Of a stretch of DNA of 64,000 nucleotides, positions 38,160-51,788 are shown piece by piece. Each line of letters starts with the position of its first letter. Within the stretch, counting starts at the first letter, position 1. Both the position numbers and the translations under genes were made by a program. The stretch covers positions 97,836,001 to 97,900,000 of the forward strand of contig NC_043003.1 of NCBI RefSeq assembly GCF_006345805.1, given 5' to 3'. Source of the stretch: Octopus sinensis. Taxonomy: Eukaryota. The notes under the pieces are model-generated. The model was not told where the DNA came from. It did no database searches and saw only the letters and a program-made list of their open reading frames with translations.

Positions 38160-39240
38160 TCCGCATATCCTGAGGGACTGTACCCTCTTCCCAGCACTGA
38201 CACAGAAGGTCATGAACGTGCCGAGGCAGGATGGTGTTTTTGCCGGTTTTGATGATCTCTTAGGGGATGCCGTCTTTTCCCGTAGCCTTGTTACTTGCTA
38301 GGGAGTCAGTAGCCTTGGTGAGCTCTGCTATAGATGGCAGACTGTCAAGTTCGCACATGACTGGTAAGATCTTGACACCCTCGATTGCAGCCTCAGCTAC
38401 CGTGGTCTCCCGTGAGTGGAGATCCTGGTAGTACTCCACCCATCTATCCATTTGCTTGCTTTGGTCCTTGATGAGATCTCCAGTAGTTGATTTCAGAGGG
38501 GCTGACTTGGTTGCAGATGGACCGAGGGCCTTCTTCAAACCGGCATACATCCCACGGGTGTCGCCACTGTCAGCAGCTGACTGGATAGATTTCCTGCCAA
38601 TATCTATTTGCACAGCGCCTGACAGTCAGTTGGGTTTTATTTCTTGCCTTTCTGAGTTCTTCGAGTGACTTTATAGGAATATCACTCTTTTATTGCATCA
38701 GAGCTGCACGTTTTGCTTCAATAACTGTTTCCAGCTCTGAGAGCCCAGTACTAAACCAATCTGGGTTTTGCCTTTCTCTCATGCCGAAAGTATCTATTGA
38801 TGTGGTATACAAAGCTTCCCTGATATAATTCCACCTACTTTCAGCAGATGAGGTTGGGCAGCTACTGAGGGCAACCTTGATAGAAACAGCAAAACATTTT
38901 CGTAGTGTAGGGTCCGAGGTTTTGGTAGTGTTAATGCGTGTTCGGCCCATTTTCTTGGAGTGATGGGCTTTTTTAGGCAGAATCCTCATCCTGCTTCTTA
39001 TTAGTGAATGATCTATGTCACAATCCGCGCTGTGATAACTACGGGTCAGTTGAACAGATTTCAGAAAGGATCTTCGTGTAATGATGAGATCCAGCTGATG
39101 CCAGTGGTGAGATCTTGGATGTCTCCAAGATGCCTTGTAGGATGTTTTGTTGGCAAAGAATGTGTTAGTGATGCACAGGTTATGGTATGTGCAAAATTCA
39201 AGTAGCCTCTGACCATTGTCATTCATGTTGCCAATGCCAA
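38160..39240 (-). mobile_element. RTE (BovB-like) LINE fragment: APE end, linker and RT start
   Basis: GIGNMNDNGQRLLEFC...L.ITNTFF...SWRHPRS.HWHQLDLIITRR...SADCD.DHSL, ..MYAGLK...GP, ..RW.EYY..L, L...KA.GKDGIP; frameshifted. Confidence 0.88.
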
Positions 39241-39370
39241 AACACATACACTTACATATATACATACATATATATATACGATTGATTTGTTTCAGTTCTT
39301 GTCTACGAATTCTATATATATATATATGTATGTATGTATACACACACACACACACACAACACACACACAC

Positions 39371-39406
<36 letters not shown>

Positions 39407-39474
39407 AAAGATAAATTTATAGATACGACTAAGTGGGCAAACAAAAATATGAGACACTGCGTAGTGCATTTTTA

Positions 39475-39790
39475 TATTTTGATAAGCCTGGTACTTATTC
39501 TGTCAGTTTCTTCTTGTGAAACCAGTAAGTTATGGGGATGTACATAAACGAACACCAGTTGTGAAGCAGTGATGAGGGAGAAACACAAAGACACACACAT
39601 ATACTTACATATATATACATACATATACATTCAATTAATTTCTTTCAGTTTCTGTCTACAAAATCCACTGACAAGGCTTTGTTTGGTCTGAGGCTATAGC
39701 AGAAAACACATGCCAAGTTACCACACAGTGGGACTGAACTGAGGACCATGTGTTTTTGAACCAAGTGTGTTACCACACAGTCACATCTGC
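39475..39790 (-). mobile_element. SINE family B, degraded
   Basis: Diverged reverse match. Confidence 0.7.
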
Positions 39791-40019
39791 ACCTATGTAT
39801 GTGTGTGTGTGCGTGTGTATGTGTGTGTGTGTGTGTATATGTGTATATATGGATGCATGTATATATGTGTATAAATGTGTACATATTACATGTACATCTA
39901 TATATATATATATATATATATACACATCTAGACATACATATATACATATACATGTATACATATATATCTCTCTCTATATACATGTATATATATATGTATA
40001 TACACATCCATATACGTAC

Positions 40020-40254
40020 AATAGAGAGATGTTTTTGTTTCACTTTTAACACGTAATACTGAAATAGTGGAGAAGATATGATATTGCCGTGGGCTCGCCC
40101 TAGGCAAGAAGTTAAACATTTTTTTTGCCCATGATACTCCATGGACCCTAAGTAAGGCATGTGTAAAATTTGAATGAAATTAGTTGTGTAGTTCTCAAGT
40201 TTTAGGGATTCACACAGACAGACAGACACACATTCTCAGTTTTATATAGATAGA
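40020..40254 (-). mobile_element. Non-autonomous Helitron-like 5' end
   Basis: Minus strand begins A|TCTATCTATATAAAACTGAGAATGTGTGTCTGTCTGTC, like the 5' end at 62652; no 3' hairpin-CTAG found. Confidence 0.5.
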
Positions 40255-40546
40255 TATAAAACGTTCACGCGTTGTTCACCAGTCATGTCACATTTCTTTC
40301 TCTTTATATATTTCAAATATTTAGGTGGCAATTGTTTCTGACTCTGAATGAGAAAGGAAAATAATCTTAAGAATCAAGAATTCTCCGAGATTAAGAAAAA
40401 TAAACGATGCCATCGTGGGAAAAAGAAATACGTTTTTTCTGGAGACAAGAGGATAACTATAGATTCGCGTTTTGTTACTCATTAGACATTATCATAGCAG
40501 TTGTCTTAGACTGGATTCTAGTGGGCACAAGTCAAAGACAAATGCA

Positions 40547-40598
<52 letters not shown>

Positions 40599-41228
40599 GC
40601 AAACATACACACTCACACAATACATATTTATACATACATGTATACATATATGTTAAACCCGCAAACCCATTTATATTCATATATATGTATTACAGTTTTA
40701 CAAAACGAGGTGACACTGACTTCGAAGTTTCAGCCAGCTTGCCTTCATTGGACTGTACAATGAATGCTAGCTGGCCGGAACTTTGAAGTCACAATTACCA
40801 CTTCTTGTAAAAGTCTAATAAAAATATATATTCTACTAAAAGTATTGAGTAACCCTTCATTTTAATATTCAATTGTTCTTATTATAACTTGTTATAAAAA
40901 ACAAACATTAACAGACACCCACGCGCGCGAACGGGTGTGTATTTGTTGAAATTGAATTTTTATTGTCGAGTCTAGTGTTTCACGCCACTGCAATCTTCAG
41001 GCGGGAACTGCTAAAGAAGATGGGAAAAAATTTGTAACATCGCCTACAGGAATCGAATGTAGTATCTATTGTAAAACAAAAATAACCATGCTAACTACTA
41101 CACAAAGGTGACGTCGTAATTTCAGCTGTCAAAATTAGAAGCTTTTCTTTAGTTAGACTTCCTAATAGCTGCGGTCTGCGGTCTGTAAATGGAGAATAAA
41201 ATCCACAGAGTATCATTGTAAGGTGTGA

Positions 41229-41270
<42 letters not shown>

Positions 41271-41560
41271 TCTGTTTGTGTGTATGCGTGTGTGTGTATG
41301 TGAATATATATATTTTATCATTAATTAAAATCTTAGGGTAGCAAGAATATTCATCGAAAAATTCTTAGTTACCAGTGGTCTAGCGAGAAAGAAAAAATTA
41401 TTCAATAGACTATATATTTTTCAGAGAATAAATACAGAGTACATTCAAACATAAAAGAGGTACCCGAAGAGTAGGATATCTGACTCGTTAGAAAGAGCAG
41501 TTAAAGATCCAAGCCACCAATATGTAGCAATCCTTGATACATATGTAAATATATATATAT

Positions 41561-41785
41561 TTCTTTACTATCCACAAGGGGTTAAACACAGAGAGGACAA
41601 ACAAGGACAGACAAACGGATTAAGTCGATTATATCGACCCCTGTGCGTAACTGGTACTTATTTAATCAACCCCGAAAGGATGAAAGGCAAAGTTGACCCC
41701 GGCGAAATTTGAACTCAAAATGTAGCGGCAGATGAAATACCGCTAAGCATTTTGCCCGGCGTGCTAACGATCTGCCAGCACACCG
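41561..41785 (-). mobile_element. SINE family A (tail 1)
   Basis: Reverse match to 26854-27084. Confidence 0.85.
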
Positions 41786-42012
41786 TCTTATCTTCGATAC
41801 AGATGACGATACCACTATTATTAACAAGAACCAACCCTCCAGCCACAAATATAGACCTACAATCATTTTGAAACTGACGGACAAGACATTGTGGCTAATG
41901 TTAAATTCCATAAGTACACAAACCCTTTTGCGGTCAATATTGAGCTGATATAAAGGGAATTATTAATAACATTAACTTTTTCTTATTCTTCCATAAAACT
42001 AAAAACCTATAT

Positions 42013-42313
42013 CAGAGGTTTTCAAACTTTTTAGGCCACCGCCCCCCTCATGGCCACATAATACCCTCAGCGCCCCCTATTTTTATGTGTAAATGAATAT
42101 TTTATATTTTACTAATTTATATATACTATGAATCATTTGATATTTAATTTAATATTATATAAATTGTATACAATACTATAATAATATTATAGATTCATAG
42201 CGCCCCCAATCCACTGCCTTCCTCCTAATGCCTCCTTTTTCTCTACACCAGCACCCACCTGGACCCTCTCAGCGCCCACCGGGTGGCGGTAGCGCCCACT
42301 TTAAGAACCTATG
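42013..42313. mobile_element. hAT (Charlie-like) MITE
   Basis: TIRs CAGAGGTTTTCAAACT / revcomp CATAGGTTCTTAAAGT; 8-bp TSD ACCTATAT (42005-42012) vs ACCTACAT (42314-42321). Confidence 0.65.
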
Positions 42314-42429
42314 ACCTACATGAAATGAATTCCATGAGACATAAATAAGTACTTAATGATAAATCTAATAAAAACTATAAGAAAACCGCTACATATACAT
42401 ATAAAAGTATTAATATAATAATATTAATA

Positions 42430-42928
42430 ATATTATTAATGCTGTGGTTAAAGCCATAGCTAAGAAAACAAAATTTAAATAATTGGATTGCTTACCTATT
42501 GAAGCACAGGCTTCTCGTATAATCGAGGGTCATGAATATTTTATTATTAATTTCAAACGCAAGCCAGACAGAAATAAAACTGATGATCAAACAATTTTTT
42601 AAAGAGAATTAACAACAAAATTTGGAGATAGACTCATTTCCAACAGCGAGGAAACAACAACAACATAGTTTCAATTGATTTAAAAACATCAAGAATAAAC
42701 GGAATAATAGATTCAAGCAAATCAGATATTGTCGATCTCTTAGACTTCGTCAGAAGATAGTGTGTATGGAGAATATAGATTTAGAGAGCATTGCAATGCT
42801 TGTCCTCTGGCACAGCTTAAGTAAAATAAAAAATAAAACCTTTCTAACTGGCATTTTGGACATGTGTATGGAGTCTTTTGATAGTGCAGAAGTATGCGGT
42901 CTTGTTGGCCTAGATATAACATGCGTTC

Positions 42929-42930
<2 letters not shown>
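42430..42930 (+). pseudogene. Old Neptune-like RT relic
   Basis: Fragments F.*FKNIKNK...RF...DIVD and DMCMESFDSAEVCGLVGLDI parallel WFNSL...FIQFD and FDIPMGSSDSAEVTNLVG of the 3150-6197 protein. Confidence 0.55.
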
Positions 42931-42964
<34 letters not shown>

Positions 42965-43537
42965 ATATAATATTATATATATATATATTATTATGATTTT
43001 TCAGATTCTTGTATGCAAGGCTACTGGTTTTAAATTGATATTAATTAAATTAATATTCAATTTATCTCCCCTCATATTTAAATTATATATTATATATATG
43101 ATATATATATATAATATATATATATATATGTATATTATATTACTCACAATACATAGTCTTTGGACTAAATTTTTACATGCTAGGCCACTGGAAGTAAAAA
43201 TTTCTATTAATTTTCATTTCCCTTCGATATGATTAAGTATATATATATACTTGCGTACATATATACATACATGAATACATGCATACGCACGCTCACATGC
43301 ACCGACACACACGCATGCATATACATATACACACTCACACAGTCACATGCACATATATGTACATTTGTATTTGTCTGTCTCTCTTTTATACAGACACATA
43401 TGCACACGTGCTTTATGTCTGTGTGAATTAACTAAGCTTTGTACATTCAGTAATTAAATATTTCGTATTTACGGAGATGTAATTGCATAGCAAGTGATTT
43501 GATCTGAGATCGTGTGCTGAAACGAACATTGCAGCGT

Positions 43538-43710
43538 GGAAGGTGTTTGTAAGCCATTTAAGAAACACACAAAGCCGTTCGATTCACTTCAATATTTAAG
43601 TTTAATTTGTCAAAATATTTTCGTTAAAATATTTTGACAAATTAAATTTAAATGTTGAAGTGAATCGAACGGCTTTTGTGTGTTTCTTAAATGGCTTACA
43701 AACACCTTCC
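43538..43710. repeat. Near-perfect 173-bp palindrome (fold-back)
   Basis: Arms 43538-43621 and 43626-43710, 4-nt loop CGTT, two mismatches and one indel. Confidence 0.92.
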
Positions 43711-43790
43711 AACATTTCGTATGTTTTAATTAAAATGATGCTCCTTAGGTTCTTGTGTGTCTCTCTCTTCCTGTACACACACACACACAC

Positions 43791-43853
<63 letters not shown>

Positions 43854-44631
43854 ACACAACACACACACACACACACCTGCGTACTCATATGTACATTCAT
43901 TCATATATGCATACAAACGATAGTAAGAAACTGAGGAAAGAGGCGCTCGTAATGGGTTGCTGAATTCTGTTTCAGAAACGTTATAATTTTCTGTCACCAG
44001 CAGAACAACGAATGTACTGTTGACCAGGGGCACCAAAACTGATTTTTGTTGTTGCATTTTATCCCCAGATCAGCTTGACCGAACAGCCCTATGGACATAA
44101 ACATTCTAATCATGACAATCCCATATTTTATTCAGACCCAACCCAATCAATGCGTTTAAAGTATATAAAGCAATATTTCCTACCTTGAACAAAAAAGAAA
44201 AAAAGACACAACCAAAAAACAAAAACGGAAAAACAGTAAGGAGAGATTTAGGTGCAATTTCTAGTAGATTACTTGACGCATGATTACGTGAGAGATCTCA
44301 CGCTGGCTACCTAGAAACCCCAATTGGACATTTTATTTTGGCAAGAGGTGGTCAATCATAGAAGAACCGGACATATTGTTGATTGAAATGAATAAAATAT
44401 ATTAGTAGTAATTATTGGGTCCAAATATCAAAAGAGGGCATAACTAGATGATATTTTGGGTTCGCTAGAAATAGGGCCCACGTTTCACTATATTTATCAG
44501 AAATGAACACATAAGATAATGCAGACTATGTCGGTCTGATTAATTAGACAAGGTGGTCACGCGTAGAACGACTTTGAAACATGTCCACTTAATGGACCTG
44601 GTATTTAAATGAAAATATCTACTATGTATTA

Positions 44632-44872
44632 AAAGGTAAAGACCTCCTTCGGTCATGAATGACCATGGCAATGCACCTAGAAATTCCCCTCCGAAGCACA
44701 AGTCGACGCAGAGTTGTTTATGGAAGACCACCCATGCATACCGGCCTTCCCCTCTCTACGTTACCGATTTTTCCTAGGGGAAAGGCAAAGGCCGAAACAG
44801 CTTGGCACCAGTGACGTCACAACTCATTTCTATAGCTGAGTGAACTGGAGCAAAGTGAAATGAAGTGTCATG
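44632..44872 (-). mobile_element. SINE family D, 5'-truncated
   Basis: Match to 33008-33260. Confidence 0.8.
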
Positions 44873-44997
44873 CCCAATATACATACATAGATACATTACA
44901 TACATACGGTAGACATATTATGTCTAATAAGTCAAGGTGATCGCTACTGGAATGTCTTTGATCATATATCTGCTCTATCTGCCCTGGGGCAAAACAA

Positions 44998-45212
44998 TAC
45001 GAAGGGATGCTAAAAATTCCTGGTTTTGAGTAAAAGAAAATACAGGAAGATCAGTTAATTATGATTTTATTCAACATATTCCCCTCACAGATCCACACGC
45101 TGCAGCGGTCCTTCAGTTTTTCTGAGCCCCGTAAAGGAACTCGGAAGGCTGGGCCTTCAGTCAGGTCTTTCGCGATCCTCTTAAAGCCAGGAACTTTTCC
45201 GCACCCCTCGTA
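44998..45212. mobile_element. Mariner-type MITE
   Basis: TA|CGAAGGGATGCTAAAAATTCCTGGTT ... AGCCAGGAACTTTTCCGCACCCCTCG|TA. Confidence 0.75.
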
Positions 45213-45219
45213 CAGCAAC

Positions 45220-45930
45220 CACTGCCACCACTATCACCATCGCCGCCGCCGCCGTCGACACCACCACCGACCACCACCACCACCACCGACCACCACCACC
45301 ACCACCACCACCACCACCACAACCACCACCGACCACCACCACCACCACCACCACAACCACCGACCACCACCACCAAAACCACCACAACCACCACCACACC
45401 ACCCCACCGCCACCACCAGACCGACCACCACCAACCACCACCACCACCACCACAACCACCACCACCACCACCACCCACCACCACCACAACCACCGACCAC
45501 CACCACCACCACCACCACCACCACCACCAACCACCACCACCACCACCGACCACCACCACCAGCCACCGACCTTCCACCACCACCACCCAAAACCACCCAC
45601 CACCACACCCCACCACCACCACCACACCACCACCACCACCACCACCCACCACCACCACCACCACCACAAACACAACACCACCCGACCACCACACCACCAC
45701 ACAACCACCGACCACCACCACCACCACCACCACCCACCACCACCACCCCCGACCACCACCACCGACCACCACCACCACCACCCCCACACACCACCACCAC
45801 AAACACCCGACCACCACCACCACCACCGACCACCCCAACACCACCACCACCACAACCACCGACCCCCCCACCCCACCGCCACCGCCGCGCCGCCACCACC
45901 ATCACCACCACCCCTACCAACAACAACAAA
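45220..45930. repeat. About 700-bp degenerate (CCA)n array
   Basis: Direct reading; source of the Pro/Thr/His and Gly/Val/Trp ORFs. Confidence 0.95.
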
Positions 45931-46469
45931 AATGAAGCCTTTACGTGGTTGCACGGCCTGCAAGAAATAGCTCCTAAATATTCAAATCCCAACTCTACTG
46001 ACTTAAGCAAAAGGAAGGCCATATTGATAAAGAAAAAAATTAATTAGTTCGACATAAGCAAACCTGTAAAAACAAAGATGGGATGGCCATAGCTGGACGG
46101 TTCATTTTCTACTTAAATATCTTCAATTCCAGCAACCTCTGCTCTCTCTCTCTCTCTCCTCTCTTCTCCTCTCTATCTCTCTGTTTTACATATACACAAA
46201 CACACACATATACGCACACATTTCTCTCTGTTTTCTACATAAATATCTCCACGTCATGCTTCTCCCCTCACCCTCTTTCACACTCTTTCTGTCCGTCTGT
46301 CTCTCCTCGCTCTTCCTCTATTTGTTATTCTATTTAAGACTCACTTCAACCAAGTTCCTTACCAACTCCATGACGTCTGCGAAAACAGCAAGAGAAAAAA
46401 TGGTAGAATGATTTCTGGGCGTGGGAAATCGCAGGGATACAAACTGAAAATAAAATAAAATGAAATAAA

Positions 46470-46812
46470 ATAAGACAGTACGCATACATACATACAGATA
46501 CACATCATACTACTACTACATCATACATACATACATACTACATACATACATACATACATACGTACGTACATACATTACATACATAACATACACACATACA
46601 TACATACATACATTCATACATACATACACACATACACAACACACATACATACATACATACATACATCACATACATTCATACATACATTCATACATACATA
46701 CATAACGTACGTACATACATACACTACATACAACCATACATACCATACATACATACAACACACATGCGTACACACACATATATACATAGTATATACATAT
46801 ATGTATATATAT

Positions 46813-46856
<44 letters not shown>

Positions 46857-47165
46857 GTCTGTAGAATATATATGAATACATATATACATTCATATATAAG
46901 CATATCTATTAATGCACGTATACATACACACATACACACACACAGAAATCAAACACACGCATCTATGTATACACGCAAACATATATGTGTGTGTGTATAT
47001 GTGTATGTGTGTGTATGTATATGTACCAGTCAATAAATGTATGCGTGCGTGCTTGCTGGAACGATAATGTGTGTATGTGCGTGTATGTGCAGGTTGGCGT
47101 TTTGTGTGTATGTATGTGTATGTGTGTTTGTGTATATGCGTGTGTGTGTGCGTGCGTACGAGGCG
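46470..47165. repeat. (ATAC)n/(TA)n/(TG)n cluster
   Basis: Direct reading. Confidence 0.9.
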
Positions 47166-47574
47166 CGCTAGACTGATAGTGCAGAGGGAAGCGGGGAGAG
47201 AAACAAGCTACCCGTATCGTCATATTATTTGTGTACGTGTGTGTCGGGTACATACTTCAACAACAGTGTTGCTTGCAGTGGTGGTTGAGGGTGTCTTGTA
47301 CGTAGTGATTATGAAGTCTAGCAAGGCAATGGTGGTAGTCACGATAGGAGTGATGACGATGACGATGATGATGATGATGATGCTGGGGGTGCTGATGTGT
47401 GCGTTGGGAATAAGAAGCTGTAACGTTGATGTCTAATCCTTAGGCACTGGTAGCATAATAATAATAATAATATTAATAAATAATAATAATAATAATAAAT
47501 AATGATAATAATAATAATAATAATAATATTAATAATAATAAAATTTTAATAATAATAATAATAATATAATAATA

Positions 47575-47608
<34 letters not shown>

Positions 47609-47609
47609 C

Positions 47610-47993
47610 TTAAATTTTTACCACATGGTCAGCTTGGGGGAGGTGGGATGAGTCGATGTCATTGACCCGAGTGTTTTTTATATTTATCGACTCCGAAAGG
47701 ATGAAAGCAAAGTCGACCTCGGCGGAATTTGAACTCAGAACGTAGTGACGGGTGAAATACCTATTTCTTTACTACCCACACGGGGCTAAACACAGAGAGG
47801 ACAAACAAGGACAGACAAACGAATTTCTGTCGATTATATCGATCTCAGTGCGTAACTGGTACTTATTTAATCGACCCCGAAAGGATGAAAAGCAAAGTCG
47901 ACCTCGGCGGAATTTGAACTCAGAATGTAGCGGCAGACGAAATACGGCTACGTATTTCGCTCGGCGTGCTAATGTTTCTTCCAGCTCGCCGCC
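47610..47993 (-). mobile_element. Two tandem SINE family A copies (tail 2 partial, tail 1 full)
   Basis: About 47610-47760 and 47760-47993, between (AAT)n tracts. Confidence 0.85.
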
Positions 47994-48006
47994 TTAATAA
48001 TAATAA

Positions 48007-48084
<78 letters not shown>

Positions 48085-48086
<2 letters not shown>

Positions 48087-49958
48087 AAGAGAAGGCATAC
48101 AAACCTGAGCATGGCATGGGTTGACTATCGCAAAGAATACGATGTGATACAATACTCCTGGATAATAAGAACAATGGAATTGTATGGAGAGCAGAGAATA
48201 TGAGAAGCCTCATACGGAATAGCATGAAATGTTGGAGAACGGAATTAAGAGGAGGGAAGCAAGAACTAGGAGAGGTGAAAATCAAGAGAGGAATCTTCCA
48301 GAGAGACAGTGTCTCCCCGCTGATATTCGTGCTGGAAATGATCCCCTTGAGTGAAATACTACAGAAATAAAAGTGTGGGTATGATCTGCGAAGAGGTAAG
48401 AGGAAAACTAAACCACCTGCTATTCATGGACGATCTGAATCTACTCGCAAAAACTGAGGCAGAACTGGACAGCCTAGTCCAGTCGGTGCGGTTTTTCTCC
48501 ATTGATATTAAGATGGAGTGTAGACTCTCAAATTGTGCTACGATGGTGATGAGAGGAGGAAAGCTTGCCAGAGCTGAAGGCATATGGTTGCCAAGTGGTG
48601 AAATGATGAAGGCAATTCAACCCCAGTCCAGCTATAAATACCTGGGAATACTTGAGGCAGATGGAATCAAACATCACGACATGAAGGAAAAGACAAAAGA
48701 GACTATCTGCGGTGTGCAAGAGAAATATTGGCTTCAAAGCTGAATGCCAGAGGCAATTTCGGCAATAAACTCGCGCGCAGTCGCAGTAGTTCGATATGGG
48801 GCTGGAACCCTGAAGTGGACAAAGGAGGAGCTAAAGGAAATGGACAGGAAGTCAAGAAAGCTCCTAACGATACATGGAGCCTATCATCCATGTGCAGACA
48901 CTGATCACCTATACATGAAGAGAGCAAATGGAGGAAGGGGACTGATAAGTGTGGAAGACTGCGTACGTATCGAACTCGAGAGCTTAATGAGATACCAAGC
49001 CCAAAGTAATGAAACCTTGCTAGTGACAGTTTGGAGCGAGGGAGTATTGAGAGCAGAGAAAAAAGGGAAAACAAAGGAAGAAGTATAAAAAGGACATGTA
49101 GAAGGATTACACAAGAAAAGACTACACAATCAATTCCATGTAGCCACAACAGAAGTTGGTGGAAAAATAGGTAGGGTTGGCTGATGAGAGAAATCCTAAA
49201 AAGAGAGACCGAGAACACTATACTGGCAGTGCAGGACCAAGCTCTGGCCACGAACTGAAGGGTCAGCCTGAGGAATGAGCAAGTGTCTCCGCTGTTCCGC
49301 TTTTGCAATAGAGTGGATGAAACTATTGCAATATCACGAACGAATGCCCTAGATTTGCTCCAAACCATTACAAGTTGTAGCAACACGACCACGTAGCGAA
49401 AGTGCTACATTGGAAAGAGTGGAAAAAGTAGATGCTAGAGAGAGGCAAGACGTGGTATGAGCACAAAGCATAGAGAATGGCAGAGTAGGAGACTAGCAAA
49501 ATCCTCTGGCAAAATCACCTGATGCAAACAGATCAGGTGCTAGAGCATAACAGACCGGACCTAGTGGTGGTGGACAAGGTGCACCACATAAGCTATATAG
49601 TTGACGTTGCATGCCCCTTTGACTCACGAATAGTGAAGAAGGAACGCGAACAGATAGATAGATACAACACTCTTAAGTACGAAATAGCCTGACTATAGAA
49701 AATGGTGAAAATAGTGCCAATTATTGTTGGGTTCTTGCGGACAGTATCAGAAGACATCAAGTGGATTATGAAGGAAATTGGAATAGAGTACCCAGTAGAA
49801 CTGTGACAAAATGTCTGCTTCCTTGGCACGGCCAGAATAATCAGGAAAATATTAGACAGCTGAAAGAGCGAATAACATGGTACCGTAGGCTGCAGGCGGT
49901 AAGCTTGCTACGCACGCAAGACTCCAGGAGATCCAACAAAACCTGTGATAAAGCGGAA
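48085..49958 (+). mobile_element. R4/Dong-clade non-LTR retrotransposon, 5'-truncated, degraded
   Basis: NLSMAWVDY.K, RGIFQ.DS.SPL, HLLFMDDL, YKYLG, LYMKR.NGGRGL, CCHC remnant, RPDLV, GTARIIRK; (AAT)n upstream, ATAATGATGATAAT downstream. Confidence 0.88.
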
Positions 49959-49984
49959 ATAATGATGATAATCCTTTCTGTTAT

Positions 49985-50172
49985 ACGCACAAGGCCTTTA
50001 AATTTTGGGGAGGGGCCAGTCGATTACATCAAACTCAGTGCTTAACTGGTACTTAATTTACCGACCTCGAAAGGATGAAGGGCAAAATTGACCTCGGCGG
50101 AATTTGAACACAGAACGTAGGGGCAGACAAAATTCCATAAGACATTTCGCCTGGCGTACTAACGATTCTGAC
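49985..50172 (-). mobile_element. SINE family A (tail 2)
   Basis: Reverse match to the family-A body. Confidence 0.8.
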
Positions 50173-50225
<53 letters not shown>

Positions 50226-50254
50226 TAATAATAATGATGATGATAATAATGATG

Positions 50255-50725
50255 ATGATAAATGCCACGATGCAGTACCAGGCACTGGCTCCCATGGCTT
50301 CTGATCTGAACTGGCTGGAAATATTTTCATGTACATTGCTTTGTCTTGGTATAAAAGGTGAGCTACAACAAATAATCTGCTCAATACCACAGATTTGCTT
50401 GTCAGTTGTTTGACCTTAACCAATTGAGCATGTCCCTTAGTGGCTGACGATATGTACATTTCTGATCAGGAGCAGAAGTAGGGGGGAAGCATCAGAGCCA
50501 TGTGTCGAGAGGAATTCTTAAGGGTTTGGATAATTCACCTCTGCAAACATGGGTGTTTCGTTCAACATACTTAAACAACTCTCAGTCAGGGACCTTTTGA
50601 GCAGAATGGGCTACTCGACATGAAGATAATTCTAACTGGGTCCCACCTGCAAGGTCATGCACTGCTTATCTTGATATAGGATCACCATGTCGCACATATG
50701 GTTGTGATGCATGTGTCCGGTGTAA
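50255..50725 (-). repeat. Unclassified retroposon-like segment ending in an (ATC/ATT)n tail
   Basis: Non-coding, GC-richer block abutting the trinucleotide tract; single copy here, so classification rests on general resemblance only. Confidence 0.3.
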
Positions 50726-51589
50726 GAGGAATGTGTTTGCTATCGGGTGTTGTTTACGTAATTTAAGATAACAAGAGATTAAACAAAGTATCCCACTCTC
50801 ATACAGGTGAGTAGCACAACCTAGCTAAGAACAAGCCAACCGTACGGTTTCGACCATTGTCCATTTCTCGTTCTGATTTCTGGTTAATCTAAAATTGTCT
50901 GAAAGTATTGCTATTTGGTCAGTCAAACTGTGAAAGAACTTAGGTCTTTTTAGTCATAATTGTTTAATCTTTCATAAACTGCCAATATAGTCTTCATTAG
51001 AATATACATTTTAGAAGTCCCTAACACTGGATTGTTATTTTCCAGGTTTGGTATTGAACTGTGTAGGCGAAACTTTTTCGTTTGATTACTGTAAAATTGA
51101 ATGGTTCCTTGTGAGTAAACGCGTCTTCCTGCGCAATGCATATTTTATTGAGCTATAAAGAATAAAATCTCAGGCTCTAGACAAATTATTAGTCGGAAAA
51201 AAGACTACTTGGCAGTCCTATGTGACAAAAGGAAATACATCTCTAACTCAGTCACCAACGATATTCATCTCTTATCCAGTCTCTATTTTATCCCCATCGA
51301 CACAAGACGATGAGGATAGAACTACAGGGAGCTTGACTGGCTTCCTATTCGTCTGCTCTTGCATCTGAGGGCGTGTCGACCGCTTTTGCCGTTTCCGTAT
51401 CTGTAGTTTGTGATGCACCCAGAACAGCTACTTATGTGACTGGTTACTGTTGTTGCAGCCTTTACTGTGATCCACTGTCTTACAATTGTCTCCAGATAGA
51501 AAACTACTGTCACATGTGTAGCAGATGGACATTTTACTCTAAATCAGTCTCGTAGCAATTTTCTGCACCGATAGCAGTACACAACTCCG

Positions 51590-51711
51590 GAAAGGCCCTG
51601 AGATCAATAGAAACGGTGACTACTGATTAATTTAGGGCAATGACAACTAGAACTGGATATGTGGTGCACACGTCATCGTGCCTGGCACAAATGCAATTTC
51701 TAGACGATAGG

Positions 51712-51774
<63 letters not shown>

Positions 51775-51788
51775 CAAAAGATGATGAC
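51590..51788 (+). mobile_element. 5'-truncated LINE 3' end with a (GAT)n tail (probably RTE-like)
   Basis: 17-bp TSD AGCAGTACACAACTCCG at 51573-51589 and 51789-51805. Confidence 0.7.

Noticed and set aside
40965-41006. Minus-strand CTGAAGA...GAAAC motif
   Set aside because: Stems I, II and III pair poorly; at best a decayed Penelope-like relic.
45220-45930. Interstitial telomeric repeat
   Set aside because: The unit is CCA/TGG, not CCCTAA/TTAGGG.
45061-46047. 328-aa Pro/Thr/His-rich ORF and three antisense Gly/Val/Trp ORFs
   Set aside because: All come from the (CCA)n array; the ATG lies inside a mariner MITE; no splice or codon evidence.
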